From: Azolla caroliniana
Lineage: Eukaryota; Plantae; Polypodiophyta
Length of the DNA: 64,000 bases
Assembly (NCBI GenBank): GCA_043228905.1
Contig: JBHGNT010000007.1
Location: 16,306,001-16,370,000, forward strand
Direction of reading: 5' to 3'
Under the pieces are notes generated by a model. It worked only from the letters and a program-made list of their open reading frames with translations, was not told the origin of the DNA and ran no database searches. Position 1 is the stretch's first letter, and every line of letters begins with the position of its first letter. Of the stretch, positions 25,642-38,644 are shown piece after piece. The translations under genes and the position numbers were made by a program.

Positions 25642-25644
<3 letters not shown>

Positions 25645-26443
25645 TTCTTTGTTTTCTGATCTTGCACTTAGTTTTTTGATTTTCTACTTTCACTTCTAAT
25701 TTCTGATTCCTGATTTTTGGATTTTCATTTCTTTTGCTATGCTACCACTCTATCGTGGCAGATTAAGAATAGTAAAAAGCAGTGTTCACACTACACAAAT
25801 AGCCCCTGCTTTTTAATTATTTCCTTCATAGTGGTAACTTGTGGGTTGCACTTGAGTGGAAAAACCTCACAGTATGCAAACTCCTCTTAGTTACATGCAA
25901 TGAGACACAATTTCCTCACAATGTAATCTGTTCGAAGCCATGTCATAATGCTTATGGAGAGGTGCGACCATATGCGTGGTTTGGCAAAACCAAGATGTCA
26001 GATTCTTCATGAAACCATGAAAAATGATGATGTTTCTACAATGTCATCAGTGTCCACAAGTCACACCCATGAAAGAGCATTCTATAGAATCCATCGATTT
26101 AACATTAGAAGTGCACTCAACTCGAGCATTCCTTCCAATCAATTATAACATAAATACAACAGAGAAAGACATTTACCAATACAGAAATAGAGTTTTACAA
26201 ATAATACACAAAGTCATTGCAATAGTTATGGCTGTCAAACATCATGGTCGTAGAGATGTTTAAATTGCCTGGTACTATAAGAAGAGATTGGCATGAGGAA
26301 ACCCAGTATGAGATATACAGCTTCCATTATTATTCATGACCAAGCACATCATCATTCCTAGTATCTGTCTTCGGGACAGCATTTCTCATCGAATTGATAA
26401 GAAAACTTCTCACTACTTTGCTTATAGTCAGTCGTACATACCA

Positions 26444-27886
26444 TTATGCTGGAGAGACAGACGGGATTTCGAAGTATCCTGCGGCACCTGGTGTCGGAGG
26501 CACAAGAGTGTCTCGAAACGTGATCCACCACATGGAGAAAGGAATGTCCCTTAGCTTGAGAAGCACGAAGAGTACAAGGCCAGATCCAAAGCCGAGTGCT
26601 GCATTTGAGCCGAGGGACACCACCGTGCACACAATCATTACAAAGGCATCGGCACGGCTGTTTTGGTCACGGCAAGCCATGGCCAGCTCTACTCCCGCGA
26701 AAAGGAGGAGGACGCCAAGAAGGCCAATAGGAAACTCAGAGAGCACCACAACCAATGAGCTTCCTACTAAAAGGCCAAGAACCATTTTAGCAGTTCCGAG
26801 GAGGACCACGGCTGCACCACTTCTTGCCCCGAATCGGGTTTGTCCTGCTAACCCTCCGGCCCCATGGCACACAGGCATGGCCCCGAACCAGCAGCCCACC
26901 AGGTTCATAAGACCCACGCTGGTGGATACTGCAGTGGGCGTGACCAATTTGTCCGGGAACAAGTCGTTTGAGAGCTTGCAGACGGCAATGACGGAGTTCA
27001 GGATGGAGAGAGGGATCTGGGGTATGGCCCCCTTCACAAACCCCGTCTTCCAATCGCTCCACGTGATGGTCAAGATCTGGGGAGTGGACGGGCCAAGGGT
27101 GAGGCTGCCCCAGATGCTGGGATCCCGGATGAACGCAAGAACTATGCCCAGGAAGAAGACAATGAGTGCAGTGGGCAGGACCTCTAGCTTTCTGACCCAC
27201 TGTATGCTTGTGCTGCTGCTGCTGCTGCCTTTTCTTTTCCCATGTGCTGTGTTGTTACTCTCCTCCTCGGCATCTTCGGCAGGAGTGGTTGCACTTGTGA
27301 CATGTGCAAAGCGGTCTCCAGATCCGGTGACAATGACAATGAAGAGGAGGGCAATGAGGCTTAAGAGGAGGCCGTCGAGGCCGAGCCAGGGACGGGCACC
27401 ACTACTAGTCGAGGTGGAGAAATCCTGCTCCTTGAGGAGGTAGGTCACAGCGGTCTTGCCGAAGCTGATGCCCTGGGAGAGCTGGATGCCCCGGACAAGC
27501 GGCATGGGGAGGATCCTTTGCACGAACCCCATGAGGCCAGTGATTCCCAGGAAGAACATGAGGCCGGCAGTGGAGAGGCCGGCAGCCGCGATCTGGGACA
27601 GGGAGAGGGGATCGGTCTGAGAGATGGCCACTGCAGCTATGGATTTCATGGGCTGCACCGGCATGGGCACGCCGAAGAGAAGCCCAGTCACAATGTTGTA
27701 TGCTCCGGTGAAGAGCAGAGTGGTCCCCAAATCCAACCCATTCACGAGGGTTAATGCTATGGCGATGGGCACGAACGTCCCAAGATCCCCCAGGGCACCG
27801 CTTGCCTCCGTCCACGCATCCTTGTACCGCATGCTCTCACGAACATGGGTGGCCCAAGACCTCCATCTGCTGCTACTGCTGCTCAT
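26444..27886 (-). CDS. MOT1: Molybdate transporter, MOT1 family (MOT1/MOT2-like), 480 aa, intronless
   Basis: Family motifs GALGDLGTFVP, FGVPMPVQPMKSIAAVA, QIPLSILNSVIAVC, GAMPVCHGAGGLAGQTRFGARSG; many hydrophobic segments; uninterrupted ORF. Paralog assignment (MOT1 vs MOT2) is uncertain. Confidence 0.95.
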   Translation of the reverse strand: MSSSSSRWRSWATHVRESMRYKDAWTEASGALGDLGTFVPIAIALTLVNGLDLGTTLLFTGAYNIVTGLLFGVPMPVQPMKSIAAVAISQTDPLSLSQIAAAGLSTAGLMFFLGITGLMGFVQRILPMPLVRGIQLSQGISFGKTAVTYLLKEQDFSTSTSSGARPWLGLDGLLLSLIALLFIVIVTGSGDRFAHVTSATTPAEDAEEESNNTAHGKRKGSSSSSTSIQWVRKLEVLPTALIVFFLGIVLAFIRDPSIWGSLTLGPSTPQILTITWSDWKTGFVKGAIPQIPLSILNSVIAVCKLSNDLFPDKLVTPTAVSTSVGLMNLVGCWFGAMPVCHGAGGLAGQTRFGARSGAAVVLLGTAKMVLGLLVGSSLVVVLSEFPIGLLGVLLLFAGVELAMACRDQNSRADAFVMIVCTVVSLGSNAALGFGSGLVLFVLLKLRDIPFSMWWITFRDTLVPPTPGAAGYFEIPSVSPA

Positions 27887-27916
27887 CTTGAGGAGTGATG
27901 AGGAAGGGGGGAGGGA

Positions 27917-27982
27917 TTAGGGTTTGCAAAGAAGCCTCTCCACTCCTGCAGAGAGCTTCTTCTGCACCGAATTATTATATAA
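27917..27982 (-). promoter_or_regulatory. Putative MOT core promoter: TATA box and 5'-UTR telo-box
   Basis: TATATAA at about 27981-27975, ~90 bp upstream of the ATG; AAACCCTAA at 27925-27917. Confidence 0.55.
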
Positions 27983-28030
27983 GCGTGCTTTCCGTGATCT
28001 GTGGTGAACCCTCCGCCCTATTTACTTACC

Positions 28031-28249
28031 ACACACACACACACACACATGTATCTGTCTGTCTGTCTGTCTGTCTGCACAGAATCTTTTGGGATCTTCT
28101 GTTTCACCTGCACCACATCCACAGGAGTATCCATCATTGCTCTGTGGCACACACACACACACACAAAGTATCTTCTCCAAAGATAAAGGAAAGGAAGGAA
28201 AACAGGGGCCCCCAAAAAAGGTAGGAGACGAGAAGACAAAGTTTGTCAG

Positions 28250-28297
<48 letters not shown>
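28031..28297. repeat. Microsatellite cluster (CA)n, (TCTG)n, (CA)n, (CT)n upstream of MOT
   Basis: Read directly from sequence. Confidence 0.9.
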
Positions 28298-28300
<3 letters not shown>

Positions 28301-29624
28301 TTGTCTGGCCAAAAGAAGAAGAAGAGAGTTAGTAGAAGTTTGTTTATCCGTGTATACTTTCATTAGTAGAAGTTTTTCGAACCGTTGAGATTTAGTAATC
28401 CACACCACGCTCGCCTGGTCTTGAATAAGATAATGGAATCCATCGATCTCTATATTTGGATTGCCTTTTAACGGCAATGAGTGATTTGTATTGCTTTGAA
28501 AGGCATCGATCGGCCCACGTTCTAGTAGTAGATTGCAACCCTATGTGCATGATTTGAAACGAACAAAAACAACAAGTTTTTACCACAAACATATCATCAC
28601 TTTCAAGATGTAAATTCACATAATGTCTGAGTCTTTTCGCCTTATGTAGTACAATTGTAGTACACTCTTGGTTCCTAAACAAGTTGTCACTCTTTTATTA
28701 GTGAATTGCCTTTGCCTTTTACCCAAGGTTACATGGTGAATGATATTTAGGAAAAGTGTCCAAGGAAATGATTGGTGTTTCCATCACCAAATACTTTTCA
28801 ACATTTTTTGTTGATATTTTTTTGTAAACCAAGGTTGTCTATGGTAGCCTTGACAAAGTTATGCTTCCAAGGTCTACCATTATTTTTGCAATCATCCCCG
28901 ACCCCCCCTTGCAAAACCCAAATTTCTAAACGCATTTTGATTGACATAATCAAGTTAGAGTAAGTGAGACCCATCTCAGAAAAATAAGGTACTCCCAACT
29001 ATGGCTATGTTGTATGAAGGCTTCGGGCTTCAATATATGTACTTCTGTATTTGGTTTAAAACAATTCCCAAATATTCTCATCTCCTCAATATATTTGTGA
29101 AATTGGTTTTAAATAGTTTCCAATACATAGATATTCTCAATGAAGAAGAGGGGTTGTGTGCCCATTTTGAATTGCTAAAATTGGCTTATATTTTTACCAT
29201 GTCTACTTCAATTGCAAGTCATGTAAGAAATTAAAGCTAGTGAAAAGTGACCAAGTGTCAACTACCCTCAAATGCATCAACAACAATAATGGATTGTATT
29301 GAATGTAGTTAATGGGGTAGTCATTTGATGTGACAACCTATTATATAAACAAGAACCTTAGAAAGGACTCTAAGGTTAGTCATCATGTCGCTTCCCAACT
29401 TGTATCAGAATTTGGTGATTTAGGAGCAAAATGAGGTTATTGCTCTCGTTTATCAAATCCTCTTGCTTAAATAGAGTATACATTACTTTACTAATGTATA
29501 CTCTCTTGCTCTTTCCATCATATTCTCTATTCCAAGTATTTGCTTCTATAGTCCTCATCTAATTCATACATTAGCTTTAATCTTCTAAACTTGTTATCTA
29601 AATAGAACTGTTGAGAATCAAACT

Positions 29625-30010
29625 TGTTGAGAGACAAGCTCAACATCGGCCGGATCGGCTGAAGAAGCCGAGGGCTGGATCGGTTGGGACCGATTGGTTA
29701 GGCCGAGTGCGTAAACTGGGAGGTCGTTAGGAAAGATATTCCGTGAGGAATATATTTGGGAGTTAGTGTAGGAGCTCTTGATAAGCATTGAAGTACTGTC
29801 AGTACTTCGGTCAGTCCTTTTAGGACTTGTATAAAAGTGCTCACTGAGCACGTCTTATGTACAGACTGAGTATTATTGTTGAATATAGTTTTTTGTGTTT
29901 CTCTCTCTGTCTCTCCTGTGTATACCGTGTAACCTCAAGCTCTCCATTAAACCTGAGTTTCCTCTCTTCTGTTCGGTCTTCATACTTGCTTCCGTACGCT
30001 ACTTTCTACA
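29625..30010 (+). repeat. Copia A 5' LTR
   Basis: TGTTGAGAGA...TTTCTACA; 14 substitutions versus the 3' LTR by manual count. Confidence 0.95.
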
Positions 30011-30082
30011 TGGTATCAGAGCGCGAGGGTTGAGAACCTCTCTACAGCCGACACAGCTTGACGAAGAAGAACAAGAAGAACG

Positions 30083-33000
30083 ATGGATAGAGGCATGGAG
30101 AGCTCGCTTCCAACAGAGAAGCTCGACAAAACCAACTACACGTCTTGGTCCTACAAGATGCACCAGTACCTGCTCGGGCACGGCTACTGGAGTTATGTCG
30201 AAGGAGCTAATGACGCGGCACCCGAATCGACACACAGAGACTTCCCGTCGTGGGAGCAATCGGCGAGCAGGGTACTATACTGCTTCGCATCGTGTGTGGG
30301 CGAACAGCTATTGAGCTATGTTCGGGATGCAAAGACGCCGAAGGGTGCATGGGAAAATCTGAAGAAGATTTTCGCCGCGAGCACCACAGCCAGGAAGCTT
30401 CAGCTCCAACAGGAGTTGAGCAACCTACGACAACGCGACTTGTCGGTGGCGGACTATACCTCGAAGATCAAGGATATCTGCGACTCCCTCGCCTCCATAG
30501 AGGTGAACATCGAGGAGAGCGAGATGGTCCAGATCTGTCTCGGAGGTTTGGCGTCGAAGTTCGGAGCGTTCCGAACGGCTGTGTGTACCTGGGAGAATAC
30601 GTCGTCCTTTTTCAACTTACAGTCGATGCTCCTGGTAGAGGAGAACCACGCGGGTGCGTCTACAAGCACGCACACCGACAGCAGAATGTTGTACACGAAG
30701 GGAGATAGGCCCCGTGGACGTGGAGGACGAGGCGAGTCGGCACGCAATGGAGGCGGCCGATGAGATCAAGAAAGAAGGCACTGAAGTGATGCCGACAGCA
30801 ACTCCGGACCCTCCGGAAACAGGGGGAGTCGAAGCAATGAGAACTGGCAAGGGAAGTCCATCGCGGAGTGCTTGTACTATGGCAAGAAAGGCCACAGGGA
30901 AAGTGAGTGCTGGAAGAAGCGCGCCGATTCGGAGAGAACTGGTTCCGGGAACGGCTCCAGACATACCGACAAGGGAAATCGGCAGCGATCACACTACGCC
31001 GAAGACTCCGGGAGAGCCGGAGAAGGGTCTGTCTTCGTGACGAGACACAAAGCAAACTCAATGAAACAGAACACCCCGAGATCGGACGAGGTGTGGTACG
31101 TAGACTCCGGCGCGTCAAACCACATGACGAGCCATAAGGAGTGGTTCTCGTACCTTGAAAAACCGATACAACCTGGAGTAGTCGCAACTGGAGACGACAC
31201 TCTGCATCCGATCGTGAATGTCGGAGAAGTTCCCCTTAGCCATGTCGGGCAGAAAGGGAAACTCATGAACGTGTTGCACGTCCCGACAATCACGAAAAAC
31301 TTGGTTTCGGTCGGACAGATCGTCGACCAAGGGATGGAGGTTCGGTTTACACACCTCGGGTGCTTCATTGAGGAAGAAGGCTGTGTGATCGCGCAAGGGC
31401 GTAAAGACGGGAGGATGTTTATCCTCGATTCCACTGACGGCAGCACCGCAATGTTCGCAAAGGGACAAAAAGCCGAGTCAGACATCGACTTGTGGCACAA
31501 GCGGATAGGCCACGTCAACTACCAGCGGCTTCAAGATCTGCAATCGAAATAGGTAGTGTTCGGATTGCCCAAGTTTAGTGGCCGAAAGGCACAAATTTGT
31601 GAAGCCTGCCAGCTCGGGAAGCAACACCGACTTCCCTTCCCCAACGAGCGAAACCGGAGCCGGAACAAGCTCGACCTTATACACTCGGATGTGTGGGGGC
31701 CGGCACAAAATGTTAGTCTGGGCGGGAGCCGATACTTCGTCTCCTTCATCGACGACCACACGCAGCACACGTGGATCTACCTCATTGAGAGGAAGAACGA
31801 AGTCTTCGACTGTTTCCGGGACCTCAAAGGGTTCGTGGAAACGGAAACGGGACGAAAGATCAAGTGCCTGCGGTCGGATGGCGGGAAAGAGTACTTTTCC
31901 GGTCAATTCAATGGTTATCTACAACAAATGGGAATTCGGCGCGAATTCAGTTGTAGATACACGCCAGAACAGAACGGCGTGGCCGAGAGGAAGAATCGGT
32001 CAGATGTGGAAGCGGCACGGGCAATGCTGGAGGAGAAGAGCTTGCCCAAGTTCTATTGGGCCGAGGCGGTGAGGACCGCGGTATACATCCAGAACCGGAT
32101 CGGAGACAAAGTGTTGGCGCACGAGCTATATTTCGGAACGAAGCCGAACTTGCGACACTTGAGGGTGTTCGGTAGCATTGCGTATGTGCATATACCAAAG
32201 GAGAGAAGGAGGAAGCTGGACGCAAAGGCCGAGAAATGCATCTTGGTCGGTTACTCGGACGAGTAGAAGGGTTATAAGTGCTATAACCCTCGCACCAAAC
32301 AAGCACGTGTCAGCCGCGACATTGTGTTTGACGAGTCCGCGTCCTGGTACCTGCCCCCGACTACGAACCTCGACTCCAATCCGAGCTCTAACGATGAGGT
32401 CAGCGAGGCCGAGATGCCTCCGGATGAACCCGAAATCGAGACCTGCGAAGAGAGTCCGATTTCACTCCGGTTAAGTGGACCGATTGGACGACTGAGTTGG
32501 TACGACCAGTCCGATGAAGAGCCGGCAAGTAGTGGAGACTCGGCCGTGCATTCCCCGCGCAGGAAGCCGAGGAGACGGCTTACGCGCAAAGAGAAAGGGA
32601 AGAAGAAGGTGTCGAATTCCGGCATGGAAAGGAACGAGTCAGACCGACGCGAGTCCGACTCCGAGGGAACCGGTGACAGGTCTTTAAAGATGAAGACCGC
32701 GTCGACCGAGAAGGCCTCGACATTGGCTAATGTGAGATTACGCCGATCTACCCGCCAAAAGAACCCAGTTGTGCGGTTCGGATACAACGAGTACATGGCG
32801 CATCATTATGCGTACATGACCCGTGTAGCGGAAGTGCGTGAGCCAGAGAGCTACGTAGAAGCGACTAAAGATGCGAATTGGCGTGCCGCGATGGAGGAAG
32901 AGATGCACGCATTGGCAGAGAACGAGACGTGGGACCTGGTTGACGCACTGAAGGGTGTGAAGCCGATCGGGTGTAGGTGGGTGTACAAGGTCAAGTACAA

Positions 33001-34825
33001 CATCGATGGCTCAGTCAACCCGTACAAGGCTCGGCTAGTGGCAAAGGGCTACGCGTAGAAACACGACATCGATTACGATGAGACGTTTGCGCCGATCGCG
33101 AAAATGACGACCGTCCGTGTTTTGCTGGCAATAGCTGCGGCGAAGGGGTGGCACTTACATCAAATGGATGTAAAGAATGCGTTCCTGCAAGGTGACCTTG
33201 AGGAACAAGTGTACATGGTACAGCCCCCCGGATTTCACTCCGGAACAAACTCCTCGGTAGTATGCCGACTGAAGAAGTCCCTTTACGGACTGAAGCAAGC
33301 CCCGCGTGCCTGGAACGCGAAGATCACGCAACAACTGTGTCGAATGGGCTTCGCCACGTCAAAATCAGACTCTTCCCTGTTCATCCGGAAAGGTCGACTC
33401 GGACCGGTTAGTATTCTACTATATGTTGATGACTTGGTCATCACCGGCGCTGACCTAGGTGAAATCGACCGCATGAAGCTCTAGTTTGCGGCATCGTTCA
33501 ACATGAAGGATCTGGGGGACCTTCATTACTTCCTCGGGATCGAAGTGATCCGTACCCCCGAAGGCATATTGATCAGCCAACGTCATTACATGCTGAGTAT
33601 GCTCTTCAAATTCGGGATGGCCGACTGTAAGTCCGTCTCGACTCCTCTAGACAGAACCGTCAAGCTTCGTCCTGATACGGGAAAGGTATGCGACCCGACG
33701 AGGTTCCGACAAATTGTCGGAAGCCTCATATACTTTACCATTACCCGACCCGATCTCAGTTATCCGGTCAGGGTGATCAGTCAGTTCATGGCGCGACCTA
33801 CCGAGGAGCACCTTCAGTGTGCGCAACGCATACTTCAGTATGTCAACGGCACTAAGGACCGGGGACTGCTATATCGGACCGGTGCGGCCGCGCAGTTAGT
33901 CGGCTACACCGATGCTAATTGGGCTGGCAACGCCGCCAATCGCCGATCCACGTCCGGATACGCGTTCTCCCTCGGGAGTGCCGCGATCGCGTGGAGCAGT
34001 AAGAAGCAGTCGATAGTTGCACTGTCGAGCACCGAAGCTGAGTACCGAGGAGCGGCTGTCGCGACATGCAAAGCCATATGGTTGAAGCGGCTACTTAAGG
34101 ACCTGCAAGAGGAGGTGTCCGATTCGACGACGATCTACTGCGACAACCTCAGCAGCATCCAGCTCACGAAAAACCCCGTTTTCCACGCACGGACCAAGCA
34201 CATTGAGGTGCACTACCATTTCGTCCGTGAGCGTGTCCTTTCTGGTGAAGTCGATCTTCAGTACGTGCCGACGGATCGGCAGACTGCCGACATCTTCACA
34301 AAGCCTCTTGGTCTGGACAAGTTGCAGCACTTCTCAGGTGCGCTCGGTTTGCGTCACCTTGACGTGCCGAACTTGAGGGGGAGAACAGTCCCGAACGACC
34401 AAGCAAGGCAGCAGGAAAGGGACACCACTGAGTCGGTTGACTCGGTTGTCGAGTTCGACTTCGGATCGGCTAAAGAAGCCGGGGGCAGATCGACGGAAAA
34501 GTCCGAAAGCAGACAGAAGGGGAGCAGCCGAAGGAAAGAGCCGAAGCCAACAGCACATAGGGGAGACAACGCCATCGAGGGCGAGAAGACTGAAGACGAG
34601 TTGGAGATAGCCAACTCGGACGAGAGAGAAAACCGATTGGAGGTAGCCGAGTCGGTTCGGATGTTTGATTCAGACACGCTGAATCAACCGAGGCCCAAGC
34701 GGAAGAAAAGGCAGGAGGAGAAGTGTCAACACCGCAACAACAGAAGAGCTGATAAGGGCCGCATGAGCAGACAAGCCGACCGGAAGGGTCGAAGCACGCA
34801 GAGTCGAACAAGTCGAGGAGCGTGA
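30083..34825 (+). pseudogene. Copia A gag-pol polyprotein, single frame with six premature stops
   Basis: All six ORF pieces share one frame; stops at 30761, 30782, 31550, 32264, 33056 and 33482. Confidence 0.93.
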
Positions 34826-34903
34826 GCGAGGCGTGAAGCCAGGAGGAACCGGAGTTGTGAGCCCGAGGATCCCGAAGAGCCTCGAGTTGAGATTGAGGGG
34901 GAG

Positions 34904-35289
34904 TGTTGAGAGACAAGCTCAACATCGGCCGGATTGGCTGAAGAAGCCGAGGACTAGATCGGTTGGGACCGATCGGTTAGGCCGAGTGCATAAACCGGGA
35001 GGTTGTTAGGAAAGATATTCCGTGAGGAATATATTTAGGAGTTAGTGTAGGAGCTCTTGATGAGCATTGAAGTACTGTCAGTACTTCGGTCAGTCCTTTT
35101 AGGACTTGTATAAAAGTGCTCACTGAGCACGTCTTATGTACAGACTGAGTATTATTGTTGAATATAGTTTTTTGTGTTTCTCTCTCTGTCTCTCCTGTGT
35201 ATACTGTGTAAGCTCAAGCTCTCCATTAAACCTGAGTTTCCTCTCTTTTGTTCGATCTTCATACTTGCTTCCGCACGCTACTTTCTACA
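34904..35289 (+). repeat. Copia A 3' LTR
   Basis: Direct repeat of 29625-30010. Confidence 0.95.
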
Positions 35290-38163
35290 AAACTCAACCT
35301 AAGTCTTGTGAACACACCCTTCTTGAGAATGTATGAACATTCAAAGGTCAAAGGTCAACACTACCGTCTCACATTAACTATGTGTCATCAAATCATATTT
35401 TATGACACATAACGAATGAGTTTCCACATTCCCCATGACACATGAGCTTCAATGAGAGAATGTAGAGAGAGGGTGACTTTATATAAAGCACCTCTCTCCC
35501 TCTGTTGTACTTGATTTTTTTCTATTGTATCTCTTATTCCTTGTTAATATACATTTTATCTTTTTAATTTCCTATCTATCTTGTGTCTCTTCTCTCCTCT
35601 TTCACACACACATAACACATATCTCTAATCTATTCTGCATAACATAATTACTCTAGCTAATTATTTACATGGTATCATAGTGCATGGTTTAGCATATCCA
35701 CTAAGCCCACCCAACTCATAATGATTGTGTGTTTGATATGTCGATGGCAAATCCAGTTGTTCGCTATCGTAGTGCCACCACATAGCTCGTGTCTAAGGCA
35801 AAAGAAGAAGAAGAAGAAGAAGGAAATCTTCATCGACATAATGAATACATAGCTCCCTAGCGAGAAGTTCGACTGAAACAACTTTGCATCTTGGGAGTAC
35901 AAGATGCACCAATACCTTGTCGGCCAAGGTTATTGGAGCTACATCAAAGGAGCTCAAGAAAACAAACCTAACCCAAAGGGCATTGATTACTCAACATGGG
36001 AGCAAGCGGCTAGTCAAGTAATGTATTGATTGGCGACATGTGTCCATGACCACATGCTCGGCTACATTTGCAAAGCCAAAACATTGAAGGAAGTGTGGGA
36101 GAATCTAAGGAAGATTTTCACGTCCAACTCAATTGCAAGAAAGCTTCAACTCCACCAAGAGTTGAACAACATTCAATAAAGGGGCATGTCCATCACAAAC
36201 TACACCTTGAAGATCAAGGAGCTTTGTGATTCACTCGGCTCAATAAGCATCAATGTGAAGGATGATGAGATGGTGCAAATATGCCTAGGCAGCCTCGCAC
36301 CATGGTTTAGTGCGATGAAAACCACCGCCCTAGCAAGGGAGAATCCTCCCTCTTTCTTCAATCTTGAATTAATGTTATTGGTTGAAGAAAACCATGTTCA
36401 AACCAAGAGCAACACCTCGGAAGGTCAAATGCTCTATACACACTCAGACGGAGGAAGAGGACGCGATCGAGCAAGAAGAGGCCGATTCAGCCAAGGAAGA
36501 GGCGGATGAGGTTCAACCTATGAAAACAACTCCCAATTTCAGCAAGAAAATGGAAACAACCGAGGAACATTCAAAAGAAGGAGGAGCTTCCATGCTGGTC
36601 CAAGCTGACAAAACAACTCAATTGAATGCGGATATTGTAGTAAATTCGGCCACCGTGAAGAAGAGTGACGAAAGAATAAGTGTGAGTCAGCTTTTACAAG
36701 TCAACAACTCACCAATTATGCCAACAACTCCGAATACGACGATTATGGTGGATTATTTGTAATGAGACATAGAGCAAACTCTATGTCAGCCTCCGGCCCG
36801 ATCAACATCTCTAGTCCGGAAGACGTATGGTTTGTTGATTGCGGCGCATCAAACCATATGATGTCACATCAAGAATGGTTCCAAAACCTATGAGAGCTAG
36901 ATCAACCCAGCTATGTCAAGACTAAAGATGATACTACACATCCAATTCACACATGTTGGCAATGTCCCATTCGGGAAAAAACGCGAACAAACTTGCATAA
37001 AAAACGTATTGCATGTACCGACCATAACGAAGAATTTGGTCTCGCTCAGCCAAATTGTTGAGCAAGGCATGCAAGTTCGATTCAACCAAGGTGGTTGCTT
37101 CATTGAGAAGGAAGGCCAACTCATCGCTTGTAGTCGAAGGGAAGGCCGAATGTTTATCCTCAACTCGAACAAGGTAAAATAGGTCATGTTCGCAAAGGAC
37201 CATAAAGCTGACACTGATAGAAAGCTATGGCATAAAAGAATCGACCATATCAACCTCCAAAAGTTCAAGGGGATGCAATCGAAAGGAGTCATCATTAGAC
37301 TCCCTACATTCAAAAAGAAAGAGTTGAAGGTGTATGTGAAGCTTGCCAATTTGGCAAACAACATTGGCACCCATTTCCAAAAGAAAGAAACATGAACAAA
37401 GGCCTCCTAGATGTGATCCAGTCAAACGTGTGGGGACCAGCACAAACGGCAACATTTGGAGGATGCCAATACTATGTCACCTTTATCGACAACTTCTCTA
37501 GGCACACATGGATCTTTCCCATGAGGCGGAAGAGTGAAGTGTTTACACACTTCCAAAAATTCAAATGTAAAGTCAAAAAGACAACTGGTCGGCATGTACG
37601 ATGTCTTCGGTCAGATGGAGGCAAATAATACTTCTCCGATGCATTCATGGCATACATTCGACAAGAGTTTACGTGTCGACACACACCACAACAGAACGGT
37701 GTAGCCAAATGGAAGAATTGGCACATCCTCAAAGTAGCACGGGCCATGTTGAATGAAAAGCACATGCCTAAGTCTTATTGGGCTGAAGTAGCATGCACAA
37801 CTATCTATCTAATGAACCGATGTACGACATTCGGTGTGCACGAACTTACCCCTCACGAGAAATACTATGGAAAGAAGCCGGATCTATCTGATGTAAGGAT
37901 ATTTGGCTCTATTGCATACGTGCACATTCTCAACGAAAAGTGGCAAAAGCTAGATCCCAAGTCGGAGAAGTGTATCCTCATAGGGTACTCATTGGAGCAA
38001 AAGGAGTACAAATGCTTCAACCCCTCTACTCGAAAGGTTTGTGTGAGTCGGGATATAGACTTTGACGAATCAACATCTTGGTACGAACCTGAGCCAGCTC
38101 CACCCAAACCATTTCTGATTGAGCTTGACAACACAGAGGACAATGATCAACTAAGGTCAATAC

Positions 38164-38644
38164 TATTGACCGTCAAAGACTTAAAAGCCGGATAAAGTCC
38201 AGAATGGGAAAGGGATAATTATTTTAGAACCAGGAGTTGTTACTTATAATTATGATATATTTTGAGAAGCGAACAGACGGACCCGGAATCAGTATGCTGA
38301 TCCGGATCCGGACCAGTTTGTGGCCAGTTGCCAGTTGGCACCAGTTCGTACCCTAAGCCGGTGACCTATAAAAGGACCTGATTAGATTGTAATCAGATAG
38401 CGTTTTATTAATGAAAGTGTTGTTGTTCTACATTTGTTAATCTTTGAAGCTTTAGTTAATTACTGTTTTGTGCTTAATAGAATCTATTTTACGCATGTAT
38501 TACGATCCTTAACCACGCCAGTTAGTAGTCGGTTAGGGATACGTTTGTATCACGGTCTACGCCTACCCCACTTGCACCACCCTTTGGTGAAGTGTCTTCG
38601 AGGGACACCCTGTGTTAGGGCTAGTCCTGCCCCAAGGAGTAACA
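38164..38644 (+). mobile_element. Probable solo LTR of an unrelated family inside Copia E
   Basis: Non-coding block interrupting the INT-RT linker; TATAAAAG near 38367; ends GTAACA. No TSD found and boundaries are approximate. Confidence 0.5.

Larger units (their letters stand above)
29625..35289 (+). mobile_element. Full-length Copia family A element (5665 bp)
   Basis: Two 386-bp LTRs, TSD AAACT, PBS TGGTATCAGAGC (iMet) at 30011, PPT TGAGGGGGAG before 34904. Confidence 0.97.

Noticed and set aside
26394-27443. 349-aa plus-strand ORF
   Set aside because: Antisense shadow of the GC-rich MOT CDS with no recognisable motifs.
28001-28477. Short ORFs with RERE/THTH/LSLS runs (also near 4498, 7529, 18573, 24859)
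   Set aside because: These are translations of microsatellites.
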